Assembly: GCA_050117725.1 (NCBI GenBank)
Contig: JASFME010000001.1
Location: 1 to 37,822 of the forward strand
DNA from: Granulosicoccaceae bacterium
Lineage (GTDB): Bacteria; Pseudomonadota; Gammaproteobacteria; AKS1
Direction: 5' to 3'
Length of the DNA: 37,822 nucleotides
Positions 27,271-37,822 of the stretch are shown piece by piece. Every line of letters begins with the position of its first letter. The stretch's first letter is position 1. Position numbers and translations under genes: made by a program. The notes beneath the pieces are model-generated. The model saw nothing but the letters and a program-made list of their open reading frames with translations, was not told where the DNA came from and did not search any database.

Positions 27271-27297
27271 AAAACAAAAAAGCGCCCTTGCGGGCGC
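27271..27297 (-). terminator. Intrinsic-terminator-like hairpin between sspA and sspB
   Basis: The minus strand reads GCGCCC-GCAA-GGGCGC followed by TTTTTTGTTTT. The stem is 27297-27282 and the U-run is 27281-27271. The hairpin starts 5 nt after the sspA stop, and the U-run ends 15 nt before the sspB ATG. Confidence 0.6.
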
Positions 27298-27302
27298 GTT
27301 TT

Positions 27303-27932
27303 TCAGTCGCGCATCTCGCGTTCGGGTTCCGTCAGACTCTGCTGGAATGACTCACGTTCAAACAAGCGCTCGGCATAGGCATTCAGGGCCTTTGCCGAGG
27401 ACGGCAGTTCCACGCCGTACTTCGGCAGCCGCCATAGCAGTGGTGCCATGTAGCAATCAACAAGACTGAATTCATCGCTCATGAAGAACGGCTTTGACTC
27501 GAAGACCGGTGACAACAGGGTCAGGCTGTCACGCAGGGTCTTGCGCAGCTTCGTCGCAGCGCGTGAGTCACAACCGGCTTCAAATTCATCGGCGATCGAG
27601 TACATGTCGCGATCAATGCGGTACATGTACAGCTTCGACTTGGCACGTGACACGGGGTCGACCGGCATCAGCGGCGGATGCGGGAAACGCTCATCAAGGT
27701 ATTCCATGATGATGCGCGAATCATACAGAACCAGGTCACGGTCAACGAGTGTCGGCACTGTGTTATACGGATTCAGATCCATGAGATCTTCCGTGGTGCT
27801 GCCTTCCTCGACGTTCTGGACTTCGTGTGTGATGTTCTTCTCCGCAAGCACGATACGCGTACGATGACTGTACGGTGAAGTCGTGCTGGAAAACAGTGTC
27901 ATCACGGAACGGCGATTCGCAATAGATGCCAT
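27303..27932 (-). CDS. sspA: Stringent starvation protein A (GST-like RNAP-associated factor)
   Basis: 209 aa from ATG 27932. MASIANRRSVMTLFSS... is collinear with E. coli SspA (IIMEYLDERFPHPPLMP, SDEFSLVDCYMAPLLWRL). AGGAG lies 10 nt upstream. The 30-codon track extension is not SspA-like. Confidence 0.95.
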   Translation of the reverse strand: MASIANRRSVMTLFSSTTSPYSHRTRIVLAEKNITHEVQNVEEGSTTEDLMDLNPYNTVPTLVDRDLVLYDSRIIMEYLDERFPHPPLMPVDPVSRAKSKLYMYRIDRDMYSIADEFEAGCDSRAATKLRKTLRDSLTLLSPVFESKPFFMSDEFSLVDCYMAPLLWRLPKYGVELPSSAKALNAYAERLFERESFQQSLTEPEREMRD

Positions 27933-27993
27933 AAAACTTACACTCCTGATACTTGCCGGGATAGCCCGACTACATCCTTGAACGGGGGGTCTT

Positions 27994-28013
27994 GGGGACG
28001 GCAGAGCCGCCCC
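27994..28013 (-). terminator. GC-rich hairpin downstream of petC (possible terminator or RNA-stability element, no U-tract)
   Basis: Plus strand GGGGACGGC-aga-GCCG-CCCC (one bulged base), located 15 nt after the petC stop. Confidence 0.3.
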
Positions 28014-28027
28014 CGCTGACACTTGGA

Positions 28028-28771
28028 TTAATGGATGTCCTTCCAGTATTCCTTCTTCAGGGCATACGCCACCAGAGTGAATACGACCAGGAACAGCAGC
28101 ACCCAGATACCGAGTGACTGGCGTTTCAGCTTGGAAGGCTCGCCCATGTAGACGAGGAAGTTGACGAGGTCACGCATGGCCGAGTCATATTCATCCGGGC
28201 TCATGCTACCCGGTTCGGCCAGGATGAATTCCGGCTTCGCCCCATGTTCCTTGACCTCCTCGACATTGTTAAGTGCCTGCAGGCCCTGCAGTTCCCACAA
28301 CACGTGCGGCATACCGACATCCTTGAACACGGTGTTGTTGACACCGAACGGGCGCGACTCATCCACGTAGAAGGAACGCAGGTAGGTATACAACCAGTCC
28401 GCACCCTGTGAGCCCGCACCCTTGGCACGGGCAATAACGGTCAGGTCCGGCGGATTCGTGCCAAACCAGTTCTTGCCATCGGCCACGCTCATGGCAACCT
28501 TCATCTGCTCACCCACTTTGTCAGCGGCGAACAGCAGGTTTTCCTTGACCAGGTTGTCTGGAATACCCAGGTCCTCGCCCATGCGGTTGTAGCGCATGTA
28601 GTTGGCAGAGTGACAGTTCAGGCAGTAGTTGACGAACAGTTTCGCACCGCGCTGCAGTGAAGCCTTGTCATGCAAATCAATGTTTGCATGATCAAGATGC
28701 GCACCACCACCTGCGGCGATTACCAGGCCCGGCGCTACGGCCAGGATGAATGCAATGATCAACTTTTTCAT
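28028..28771 (-). CDS. petC: Cytochrome c1 subunit of the ubiquinol-cytochrome c reductase
   Basis: 247 aa from ATG 28771 (MKKLIIAFILAVAPGLVIAAG signal), heme motif CLNCHS and a C-terminal TM anchor. ATGA overlap with the petB stop. The track extension to 29122 overlaps petB. Confidence 0.94.
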   Translation of the reverse strand: MKKLIIAFILAVAPGLVIAAGGGAHLDHANIDLHDKASLQRGAKLFVNYCLNCHSANYMRYNRMGEDLGIPDNLVKENLLFAADKVGEQMKVAMSVADGKNWFGTNPPDLTVIARAKGAGSQGADWLYTYLRSFYVDESRPFGVNNTVFKDVGMPHVLWELQGLQALNNVEEVKEHGAKPEFILAEPGSMSPDEYDSAMRDLVNFLVYMGEPSKLKRQSLGIWVLLFLVVFTLVAYALKKEYWKDIH

Positions 28772-30003
28772 TTTGTCACCCTCTCCGGAACCGGCTTGGT
28801 CTTGTCGATTTTCGTGTACCACGGCATCAACAGGAAGAACAGGAAATACAGGACACTGAAGATCTGCGACAGCGTCAGGTAGATACCGCCCGCCGGCAAT
28901 GTACCGAGTCGACCCAGGGCAATAAAGCTGATGACAAATACCGCCAGGGCGAACTTGTACAACGTGCCGCGATAACGGATTGACCTGACCGGGCTGCGAT
29001 CCAGCCACGGCAACAGGAACAGGAAGACAATTGCCATACCCATTGCCAGTACGCCCGGGAACTGTGAACCGAACATCGGCGGTACCGCACGCAGGATCGC
29101 GTAGAACGGGGTGAAGTACCACAGCGGCACGATGTGTTCCGGTGTCTTCAATGGATCCGCCGGCACGAAGTTGTCCTTTTCGAGGAACCAGCCACCCAAC
29201 TCAGGCGTATAGAAGATTACCACGGCAAAGAAGAACAGGAATACGCCGACACCGACGATGTCCTTCACCGTGTAGTACGGGTGGAACGGGATACCGTCCA
29301 GCGGGATACCATCCGGGCCCTTGTTCTTCTTGATATCAACACCATCCGGGTTGTTCGAACCAACTTCGTGCAACGCGATGATGTGCGCGACCACCAGCCC
29401 AAGCAACACGATGGGCAGGGCAATCACGTGCAGCGCAAAGAAGCGGTTCAGCGTGGCGTCGGAGACAACAAAGTCACCACGGATCCAGATAGCGAGTTCC
29501 TCACCAACAAACGGCACGGCGCTGAACAGGTTGACGATCACCTGTGCGCCCCAAAATGACATCTGGCCCCACGGCAGCAGGTAACCGAGGAAGGCTTCTG
29601 CCATGAGCGCGAGGTAGATCAACATGCCGAAGATCCAGATCAGTTCGCGCGGCTTCTGGTATGAGCCGTACATGAGACCGCGGAACATGTGCAGGTAGAC
29701 GACAATAAAGAATGCCGAGGCCCCGGTGGAATGCATGTAGCGGATCAACCAGCCCCAGTCGACATCGCGCATGATGAATTCGACCGAGCCAAACGCCATG
29801 GCGGCATCCGGCTTGTAGCTCATGGTCAGCCAGATGCCCGTAAGGATCTGGAGAACCAGTACCAGCAGTGCCAGGGAACCAAAGAAATACCAGAAGTTGA
29901 AGTTCTTTGGCGCGTAGTATTCGGACAGATGCTCTTTCCACATCTTGGTCATGGGGAAGCGGGCATCAACCCAGCCCATGAATTGTTGCATCTTGCTCAT
30001 CAT
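28768..30003 (-). CDS. petB: Cytochrome b subunit of the bc1 complex
   Basis: 411-aa polytopic protein with typical cytochrome b sequence (WNFGSLA-like FWYFFGSLAL, RYMHSTGASAFF, PEWYF-like PLWYFTPFYAILR). The start overlaps the petA stop. Confidence 0.96.
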   Translation of the reverse strand: MMSKMQQFMGWVDARFPMTKMWKEHLSEYYAPKNFNFWYFFGSLALLVLVLQILTGIWLTMSYKPDAAMAFGSVEFIMRDVDWGWLIRYMHSTGASAFFIVVYLHMFRGLMYGSYQKPRELIWIFGMLIYLALMAEAFLGYLLPWGQMSFWGAQVIVNLFSAVPFVGEELAIWIRGDFVVSDATLNRFFALHVIALPIVLLGLVVAHIIALHEVGSNNPDGVDIKKNKGPDGIPLDGIPFHPYYTVKDIVGVGVFLFFFAVVIFYTPELGGWFLEKDNFVPADPLKTPEHIVPLWYFTPFYAILRAVPPMFGSQFPGVLAMGMAIVFLFLLPWLDRSPVRSIRYRGTLYKFALAVFVISFIALGRLGTLPAGGIYLTLSQIFSVLYFLFFLLMPWYTKIDKTKPVPERVTK

Positions 30004-30593
30004 GCGGCTCCTTGATCAACACCGATCAGAATCAGCGTGTCAGACAGATACTTGTGCGGCGGCACCACCATATTGGTCGGCGCCGGGACACCGGCGTAAA
30101 CACGGCCGGCCAGGTCAAATTTCGAACCGTGGCAGGGGCAGAAGAAGCCGCCCTTCCATTTCGGTCCGAGGTCTTCCGGCGCAACTTCGGGGCGGAAGGT
30201 CGGTGAGCAACCGAGATGGGTACAGATGCCGACAAGTACGAGGTATTCGGGCTTGATCGAACGATCGACGCCATCGGCATACTCGGGTTGCTGCGGAGCC
30301 TCTGACTCCGGATCTGCCAGGCGATCAGCCAGTGTTTCGAGATCCTTCAGGTTTTGCTCGGTACGACGTACCACCCAGACCGGTTTGCCACGCCATTCAA
30401 CCGTCATTTGTTGACCTGGCTGCAACTTGCTGATGTCCGCTTCGACGGGTGCGCCGGCCGCTCGGGCCCGGGCACTCGGATTCCAGGACTTGAGGAAAGG
30501 CACCGCCACATAAGCAGCCCCGACCGCACCAATCGCAGTCGTGGCTCCAATGAGGAAGCGGCGTTTACTCTTGTCGACGCCCTCAGTACTCAT
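30000..30593 (-). CDS. petA: Rieske [2Fe-2S] subunit of the bc1 complex
   Basis: 197 aa with a twin-arginine signal/anchor (SKRRFLIGATTA) and Rieske boxes CTHLGCSP and CPCHGSKF. GGGAGA RBS. Confidence 0.96.
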   Translation of the reverse strand: MSTEGVDKSKRRFLIGATTAIGAVGAAYVAVPFLKSWNPSARARAAGAPVEADISKLQPGQQMTVEWRGKPVWVVRRTEQNLKDLETLADRLADPESEAPQQPEYADGVDRSIKPEYLVLVGICTHLGCSPTFRPEVAPEDLGPKWKGGFFCPCHGSKFDLAGRVYAGVPAPTNMVVPPHKYLSDTLILIGVDQGAA

Positions 30594-30692
30594 TGACTAA
30601 TCTCCCAATGGGTTTCAAATCTGGTGGTCGTGTGGCCGGGCAACATCATCATTTCAGAATATTGTCACTTAACCCACACAAACAGGCGCCGT

Positions 30693-30721
30693 ATTCTCTA
30701 CCAAGCCGCACCCAAGGTCAA
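30693..30721 (-). promoter_or_regulatory. Candidate sigma70 promoter of petABC
   Basis: The minus strand shows TTGACC (30721-30716), a 17-nt spacer, then GAGAAT (30698-30693), about 100 nt upstream of the petA ATG. Confidence 0.35.
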
Positions 30722-30788
30722 GCATAATGAGCTTTTTGGCTTGAATAACAATAAGTTATTGAATTTCAGACAATCTGCTTGCAGTGGC

Positions 30789-31547
30789 TCATACCGGGTT
30801 ATCGATATCGATAAAACTATGCCGGACATCAAACTCTCTGGCCAGCCGATCGCCGAGGGCCTGCACACCGTAGCGCTCGGTGGCATGATGGCCGGCGGCA
30901 TAAAAATGCAGGTCGCATTCGCGCGCGACGTGTACAGTGTGTTCAGAGACCTCGCCGGTAATAAATGCATCGACACCGAGCCTCGCCGCCTGCTCAATGT
31001 AGTTTTGCGCCGCACCCGTACACCAGGCAACGCGTGATACCGGTCGCTGCGTCCCGGCGATATGCAGCGGCTCGCGACCGAGTGCCGCGGCCATCTGCCG
31101 GGCAAACTCCGCACCACTCACAGCCGAGGCCGTTGTGCCAAACAGGCCGATATCCGGGTCTCCGTTGCCGCCAAAACTACCCTGTGTCTGCAGCCCCAGG
31201 CGCAGCGCAAGCTGTGCGTTGTTACCCAGTTCCGGATGCGCATCGAGCGGCAGATGATAGGCCACCAGGTTAATACCGTGTTCGAGCAGCATACTGATCC
31301 GGCCGCGCTTCATACCGACAATGCGTGCGTCCTCGCCCTTCCAGAAATAACCATGATGCACGAGCAACATGTTGGCCTCCTGCGCAATGGCCTGCTCAAT
31401 CAGGGCGCGGCTCGCGGTGACACCGGATACGATACGCAGCACTTCTCCCCAGCCTTCAACCTGCAGGCCGTTCGGGCAATAATCGTGGAAGCGTCCGCTC
31501 TCGAGCAGCGTGTCACAGTAACGGACTATCTCAGTAATCTCGGCCAT
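30789..31547 (-). CDS. ybgI: Nif3-family dinuclear metal-centre protein (GTP cyclohydrolase 1 type 2 homologue)
   Basis: 252 aa from ATG 31547. Collinear with E. coli YbgI (DYCPNGLQVEG, HHGYFWKGE, HLPLDAHPELGNNAQLA, FITGEVSE, YAAGHHATE). Confidence 0.92.
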   Translation of the reverse strand: MAEITEIVRYCDTLLESGRFHDYCPNGLQVEGWGEVLRIVSGVTASRALIEQAIAQEANMLLVHHGYFWKGEDARIVGMKRGRISMLLEHGINLVAYHLPLDAHPELGNNAQLALRLGLQTQGSFGGNGDPDIGLFGTTASAVSGAEFARQMAAALGREPLHIAGTQRPVSRVAWCTGAAQNYIEQAARLGVDAFITGEVSEHTVHVARECDLHFYAAGHHATERYGVQALGDRLAREFDVRHSFIDIDNPV

Positions 31548-31643
31548 ATTCAGAATCTCTTTTTTGCACTGCGACACAGTATAACCCCAACCGGGTACGC
31601 CGGTTGCTGACGACAAACCAAACTCATGCTAGGGTAGCATCCC

Positions 31644-32801
31644 ATGCAACTACGCAAATCCATCGTCTTCCTGCTACAGGCCATCAGTGTCGGCCTGGCG
31701 GCCTTTATAGTGATCGTGTTCCTCAAGCCGGACCTGCTCGAATCACCGGCGCCCGTGGTCGAGTTCCACGAGCAACAGGCGCCATTGTCGAACGGTGCAC
31801 CGGCAAGCGGGCCAGTCTCCTATGCCGATGCGGTGCAACGCGCCGCGCCATCGGTCGTCAACATCTATACCGCCAAGCTCGTTACCGAGCGGCGTAACCC
31901 GTTGTTTGATGACCCGTTTTTCCAGCGCTTCTTCGGTGAACAACCCGGTGAGCCACGCCAGCGCCTGGAAACCAGTCTCGGCTCCGGCGTGATCCTCAGT
32001 GAAGACGGCTACATCGTCACCAACAACCATGTGATCCGTGGTGCGGACGAGATCCGCGTTGCGCTGGCCAACGGTGATACACCCCGGGCCGAAATCATCG
32101 GCACCGATCCGGATACCGACCTCGCCGTTCTGAAAATCAACTATGAAAGATTGCCGGCGATTACCTTCGGCGACTCGACCGCGATGCAGGTCGGTGACGT
32201 CGTGCTTGCAATTGGCAACCCGTTCGGTGTGGGTCAGACCGTCACGCTGGGTATTGTCAGCGCCACCGGTCGTAACCAGCTTGGTATCAACACCTTTGAA
32301 GACTTCATCCAGACCGATGCCGCGATCAATCCGGGTAACTCGGGGGGCGCACTGATCAATGCCCACGGCCAACTGGTCGGCATCAACACGGCGATCTTCT
32401 CGAAGACCGGCGGTTCACAGGGGATCGGCTTTGCCATCCCGCTCAGCCTGGCACGTGATGTCATGCAACAAATCATCGAACATGGCAGGGTCATGCGTGG
32501 CTGGCTCGGCATCGAGGCCCAGGATCTCAACCCCGAACTGGCCGAGTCCTTCAAGTTACCGGATACAAATGGCGTACTCGTCGCCGGTGTCTTGCGCGGC
32601 GGTCCTGCCGACGAGGCCGGTCTGCTGCCGGGTGATGTACTGGTCAGCATCAATGACCAGGTGGTAGTCAATTCACGCAACAGCCTGAACCAGATCGCCG
32701 GTTTCATGCCGGGTACCTCGATAAGACTCGGCGTGATCCGCGCCGGAAAGCGTGTTGAGCTCGAAGCCGTGGTCAGTGAACGGCCGAAGGCGCGTACCTG
32801 A
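31644..32801 (+). CDS. degS: Membrane-anchored HtrA-family serine endoprotease with one PDZ domain (DegS/AlgW type)
   Basis: 385 aa with an N-terminal TM anchor, a catalytic triad context (TNNHVI, DTDLAVLKI, GNSGGAL) and a single C-terminal PDZ domain. Confidence 0.9.
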   Translation: MQLRKSIVFLLQAISVGLAAFIVIVFLKPDLLESPAPVVEFHEQQAPLSNGAPASGPVSYADAVQRAAPSVVNIYTAKLVTERRNPLFDDPFFQRFFGEQPGEPRQRLETSLGSGVILSEDGYIVTNNHVIRGADEIRVALANGDTPRAEIIGTDPDTDLAVLKINYERLPAITFGDSTAMQVGDVVLAIGNPFGVGQTVTLGIVSATGRNQLGINTFEDFIQTDAAINPGNSGGALINAHGQLVGINTAIFSKTGGSQGIGFAIPLSLARDVMQQIIEHGRVMRGWLGIEAQDLNPELAESFKLPDTNGVLVAGVLRGGPADEAGLLPGDVLVSINDQVVVNSRNSLNQIAGFMPGTSIRLGVIRAGKRVELEAVVSERPKART

Positions 32802-32812
32802 CCGGCTATTGA

Positions 32813-33886
32813 TTACAGGCTTGCCTGCAACGCCTGAAGAAAGGCGCTGTTTTCCTGCGGTGTGCTGACGGTGACGCGCAGGCAGTCCTTGAGTGCACCG
32901 CCGGCAGGGTTGAGGTTCTTGATCAGTACGCCTTTATCTTTCAGGCTGGCGAAGACGTCATCGGCGTTGGCAATGCGAAACAAAATAAAGTTGGCCGCGC
33001 TGCCAAAGACCTCAATACCATCTATCGCGTTCAGGGCTTCGAGCAAATCAGCACGTGCAGCACGAATATTTTCCGCCTGTTCTTCAAGCACGTCGTTGTG
33101 TTCCAGCGCAAACTGCGCACTGGCCTGGGTCAGGATATTGATATTGTAGGGCAGACGCACCTTGTCCAGTTCCCGGCACCACTGTGGCGAACCGGCCAGG
33201 TACCCGAGCCGCAAACCGGCCAGGCCGGATTTGGAGACGGTGCGCATGACGAGCAGGTTGTCGTAGTCATTGACCCGGTTCAGAAAACTGCGCTGTGCAA
33301 AACTCGTATAGGCCTCGTCCACCACGACCAGTCCCGGCGCATTGGCGATAATATCCAGTACCTCGTCTTCGTCGAACAGGTTACCCGTCGGGTTGTTCGG
33401 CCAGGCCAGGAAGATCACGGCAGGTTGATGTGCGGCGATCGCCTTGCGCATGGCAACCATGTCGAGCGTAAAGTCTTCCTGTAATGGCACACCGACATAA
33501 TCGACGTTACAGAAGAGGCTGATCATGCGATACATGACAAAGGTCGGTTCCGGCGCGAGCACGACGGCACCGGGTTTGGCCAGCGCCATGATGATCATCT
33601 GGATGATTTCATCCGAACCATTGCCGAGCAACAACTCGGTATGCGGCGGCACTTTCATGACTTCACGCAGTTGCTGCTTCAGGGCGCTGGCGGACGGGTC
33701 CGGGTAGCGGTTCAGGTCAACTGTACGCAGGCGTTGCAGCCATTGCTCCTTCAGTTCATCTGGCAGCTGGTAGGGGTTCTCCATCGCATCGAGCTTGATC
33801 CATTGACCTGGCGCCGGCACGTGGTAGGCCGACAGCGCGCGGATTTCCTCGCGGACCAGTTTCTTGATGTAGGGGTTATCGGCCAT
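32813..33886 (-). CDS. hisC: Histidinol-phosphate aminotransferase
   Basis: ~357 aa class II aminotransferase with PLP-lysine context RTVSKSGLAGLRLGY. I prefer ATG 33886 (MADNPYIKK...) over the TTG at 33910 used by the track. Neither has a good SD sequence. Confidence 0.9.
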   Translation of the reverse strand: MADNPYIKKLVREEIRALSAYHVPAPGQWIKLDAMENPYQLPDELKEQWLQRLRTVDLNRYPDPSASALKQQLREVMKVPPHTELLLGNGSDEIIQMIIMALAKPGAVVLAPEPTFVMYRMISLFCNVDYVGVPLQEDFTLDMVAMRKAIAAHQPAVIFLAWPNNPTGNLFDEDEVLDIIANAPGLVVVDEAYTSFAQRSFLNRVNDYDNLLVMRTVSKSGLAGLRLGYLAGSPQWCRELDKVRLPYNINILTQASAQFALEHNDVLEEQAENIRAARADLLEALNAIDGIEVFGSAANFILFRIANADDVFASLKDKGVLIKNLNPAGGALKDCLRVTVSTPQENSAFLQALQASL

Positions 33887-34020
33887 ATGTTTTATTTGCT
33901 GAAAATCCAACGCAAAGACGCCAGGGCGCGAAGGTCGCAGGGAAGAAAATAAAACTGCGTGATCCGGGCCATTTTATAATTACTCTGCGTGCTTTCGTCT
34001 CTGCGCCTCTGCATTGGGTG

Positions 34021-35319
34021 TTAATCCTTGATGCGGTACTCGGCCGAGCGCGCATGTGCGATCAGGCCTTCGCCGTGCGCGAGTGTCGAAGCCACCTTGC
34101 CGAGTTCCGACGAACCCTGCGCCGAACACATGATCAGGCTGGAGCGCTTCTGGAAATCATACACGCCGAGCGGCGAACTGAAGCGCGCCGTGCGCGAGGT
34201 CGGCAGCACATGGTTAGGCCCGGCACAGTAATCACCGAGTGCCTCTGCCGTGTAACGGCCCATAAAGATCGCGCCGGCATTGCGGACCTGTCTGGCCATC
34301 GCTTCGGGATCGGCGACCGACAGTTCAAGATGCTCCGGGGCAATGTGGTTGGCGACTGCGACTGCCTCGTCCAAGTCACGCACCTGGATCAGCGCGCCGC
34401 GGTCTTTTATCGCGGCGTTGATTATCTCGGCGCGTGGCATGTCTTTTACCAGCCTGTCCATGCTCTCGGCCACAGCATCAAGGAAGGCGGCATCCGGGCA
34501 CAGCAAAATCGACTGCGCATCTTCATCATGCTCGGCCTGCGAGAACATGTCCATGGCGATCCAGTCCGGATCGGTCTGGCCATCACACACGACCAGGATC
34601 TCGGATGGCCCGGCAATCATGTCGATACCGACCGTACCGAATACCATGCGTTTTGCCGTGGCGACAAATATGTTGCCCGGGCCGACGATCTTGTCGACCT
34701 GCGGCACGCTCTCCGTGCCATAGGCGAGCGCGGCCACGGCCTGTGCACCACCGATGGCGAACACCTTGTCGACACCGGCAATCGCCGCGGCGGCAAACAC
34801 GAGTTCGTTAATCACGCCATCCGGCGTCGGCACGACCATCACGAGTTCTTCGACGCCGGCGACCTTGGCCGGGATCGCGTTCATGAGTACCGATGACGGG
34901 TAGGCCGCCTTGCCGCCCGGCACGTACAGGCCGGCCCGATCCAGCGCCGTAACCTGCTGGCCAAGCACTGTGCCGTCAGCCTCGGTGTACGACCACGATG
35001 CCATTTTCTGTTTTTCGTGATAGCTGCGCACGCGCTTGGCGGCGCGTTCCAGGGCCTCGCGTTGTGCCGGCTTGATGTTATCCAGCGCCTGCTGCAGGCG
35101 TGCCGGTGACACAATCAGATCAGCCATCGACGCGACATCAAGGCGATCGAACTGCTTCGTGTATTCGAGTATGGCGGCATCACCACGCTCGCGCACAGCG
35201 TTGAGGATATCGGTCACCGTCTGGAATACCTTTGCATCGGAAACCGATTCCCAGGCAAGCAATGCATCCAGCTGTTGCTGGAAGTCACTGTCTGTTGTTG
35301 AAAGACGTGTAATATCCAT
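34021..35319 (-). CDS. hisD: Histidinol dehydrogenase
   Basis: 432 aa with HisD motifs ([37 protein letters not shown]). Confidence 0.96.
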   Translation of the reverse strand: MDITRLSTTDSDFQQQLDALLAWESVSDAKVFQTVTDILNAVRERGDAAILEYTKQFDRLDVASMADLIVSPARLQQALDNIKPAQREALERAAKRVRSYHEKQKMASWSYTEADGTVLGQQVTALDRAGLYVPGGKAAYPSSVLMNAIPAKVAGVEELVMVVPTPDGVINELVFAAAAIAGVDKVFAIGGAQAVAALAYGTESVPQVDKIVGPGNIFVATAKRMVFGTVGIDMIAGPSEILVVCDGQTDPDWIAMDMFSQAEHDEDAQSILLCPDAAFLDAVAESMDRLVKDMPRAEIINAAIKDRGALIQVRDLDEAVAVANHIAPEHLELSVADPEAMARQVRNAGAIFMGRYTAEALGDYCAGPNHVLPTSRTARFSSPLGVYDFQKRSSLIMCSAQGSSELGKVASTLAHGEGLIAHARSAEYRIKD

Positions 35320-35323
35320 GAAC

Positions 35324-35965
35324 TTAACCCTTCACGGCCTCACTGATTTGTTCGATGATCTGCTTGATACGCGCATGTTTCATTTTCATCGAGGCCTTGT
35401 TGACGATCAGGCGTGAGCTGATGTCACAGATGTGATCCGTGGCCTCAAGGCCATTCGCCTTCAACGTATTGCCCGTATCGACGAGGTCGACAATACAATC
35501 GGCCAGGCCGACCAGCGGTGCGAGTTCCATCGAGCCATACAGCTTGATCACTTCAACCTGTCGGCCCTGAGCGGCAAAGTAGCGCCGTGCCGTGTGCACA
35601 TACTTGGTGGCGACGCGCAGGCGACCCTGGCCACCGAGAAAGTCCTTGCCCTGCGGCCCGGCGACCATGAGTTTGCACGGGCTGATCTTCAGATCGAGTG
35701 GCTCGTATAACTCGCTGCCCTCGTATTCCATGAGCGTATCCTTGCCGGTAATGCCGAGGTCGGCGGCACCGTAGTTGACGAACACCGGCACATCGGTGGC
35801 GCGGATAATCACGAGCTTCACGTTCTCCTGGTTCGTATCCAGCACCAGCTTGCGGCTCTTGTCAGGGTCATCGACAGGCTCGATACCTGCGTGCGCGAGC
35901 AGCGGCAGCGCTTCCTTGTAGATACGTCCTTTGGATACGGCAATGCTGATGGTGTCGTTACTCAT
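35324..35965 (-). CDS. hisG: ATP phosphoribosyltransferase, short (HisZ-dependent) form
   Basis: ~213 aa with no C-terminal regulatory domain. Motifs IAVSKGRI and [17 protein letters not shown] 35965 is preferred; the TTG at 35971 is the track start. Confidence 0.93.
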   Translation of the reverse strand: MSNDTISIAVSKGRIYKEALPLLAHAGIEPVDDPDKSRKLVLDTNQENVKLVIIRATDVPVFVNYGAADLGITGKDTLMEYEGSELYEPLDLKISPCKLMVAGPQGKDFLGGQGRLRVATKYVHTARRYFAAQGRQVEVIKLYGSMELAPLVGLADCIVDLVDTGNTLKANGLEATDHICDISSRLIVNKASMKMKHARIKQIIEQISEAVKG

Positions 35966-35982
35966 ATTCAATCCAGTAAAGA

Positions 35983-37245
<1,263 letters not shown>

Positions 37246-37275
37246 TTAATCCACTAACCGTTGTGACAACGGGTT

Positions 37276-37305
37276 AAAAAAACAAAGCCACCGCTGATGG
37301 GTGGC
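37276..37305 (-). terminator. Intrinsic-terminator-like hairpin between ibaG and murA
   Basis: The minus strand reads GCCACC-catcagc-GGTGGC followed by TTTGTTTTTTT. It lies 40 nt after the ibaG stop and ~33 nt before the murA ATG. Confidence 0.55.
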
Positions 37306-37345
37306 CTCGGTGTCTGTTAGTTACCTTTGTCGTGCCCAATCCATG

Positions 37346-37600
37346 TCACGAGGCCTGAAGTTTTTTCGCCTTGTCCCATTCCGCATGGGTATAGGTCTTG
37401 ATGCTCAATGCATGAATTTCACCCGAGGTGATATGGTCACCCAGCGTGCCATAGACCATGCGTTGTTTGTTGACCATGGTCTTGCCCTCAAATTCATCGC
37501 TGATCACGATGGCATCGAAATGGCTGCCATCGCCACTCACCGTGGCTTCACAGCCTGGCAGGCCCTGTTCAATCAGTTGCTTGATAGTCTCTGGTTGCAT
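37346..37600 (-). CDS. ibaG: BolA-family acid-stress protein IbaG (YrbA)
   Basis: 84 aa, collinear with E. coli IbaG (VSGDGSHF, RMVYGTL, IHALSIKTYT.AEW). Confidence 0.92.
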   Translation of the reverse strand: MQPETIKQLIEQGLPGCEATVSGDGSHFDAIVISDEFEGKTMVNKQRMVYGTLGDHITSGEIHALSIKTYTHAEWDKAKKLQAS

Positions 37601-37687
37601 GATTCACCTACCATTGCCTTAAAGGCGGCCTATTCTATATAAAAAAGGCACGGATGGCGACGCCGACCGACCGGCACATGATGGAAT

Positions 37688-37822
37688 TCAGCCGAGCGGC
37701 AGGATCTGGTCCAGGCTGCTGGCGTGCGCGATTGCCAGCATTTGCGTGGGCATATTCAGGTAATGGAGGGTCTTGTTGCGCCGCCTGGCATAACGCAGCC
37801 ATTCGATAAGCAGGGCCAGACC
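37688..37822 (-). CDS. mlaB: MlaB-like STAS-domain protein, C-terminal 44 codons (gene continues past the right window edge)
   Basis: My own translation of the minus strand reads GLALLIEWLRYARRRNKTLHYLNMPTQMLAIAHASSLDQILPLG*. This is the typical C-terminus of the Mla-system STAS protein. The position upstream of ibaG-murA is as in E. coli and Pseudomonas. Too short and too partial for certainty. Confidence 0.6.
   Translation of the reverse strand, partial: GLALLIEWLRYARRRNKTLHYLNMPTQMLAIAHASSLDQILPLG

Noticed and set aside
33983-34012. Hexamer CTCTGC (GCAGAG on the coding strand) occurring three times within 30 nt in the 134-nt hisD-hisC spacer, plus an ATTATAAAAT -10 look-alike.
   Set aside because: The repeats are only 6 nt long and irregularly spaced (16 and 8 nt). 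There is no matching -35 box and no hairpin. This is too weak to call a regulatory element, although the unusually long spacer itself is real.

Overview
This window is a chromosomal core region of a high-G+C (roughly 60%) gammaproteobacterium-like genome.

- **1-14895, minus strand:** a complete, tightly overlapped dcw cell-wall/division cluster, mraZ-rsmH-ftsL-ftsI-murE-murF-mraY-murD-ftsW-murG-murC-murB-ddl-ftsQ (ftsQ partial). A near-consensus sigma70 promoter and a 10-bp-periodic MraZ-type operator lie upstream.
- **14896-21957:** RNase P RNA (rnpB, minus), an orphan 161-aa helical protein, the divergent rsmI / lpoA-yraN-diaA-dolP cluster, and a GlcD-family FAD oxidase.
- **21964-25977:** a block of about 4 kb with visibly lower G+C. 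It holds a tandem periplasmic thioredoxin, a DauA-like SulP-STAS transporter, a class II c-type cytochrome, and MscL with a 4-Cys zinc-ribbon tail.
- **25978-37822:** a macrodomain protein, DUF3301, sspB-sspA, the cytochrome bc1 operon petABC, ybgI (Nif3), a degS/algW-type protease, hisC-hisD-hisG-murA-ibaG, and the 3' end of mlaB.

I saw no rRNA, tRNA, CRISPR array, transposase, integrase, phage gene or recognisable defence/toxin gene.

I did not find a convincing novel multi-gene system. The best candidates for something undescribed are:
- the low-G+C envelope-gene block, especially the cytochrome-SulP pairing, the MscL-zinc-ribbon fusion and the tandem thioredoxin;
- the orphan gene wedged between rsmI and rnpB.

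All calls come from reading motifs, start/stop geometry and gene order by eye. No database search or computation was run.
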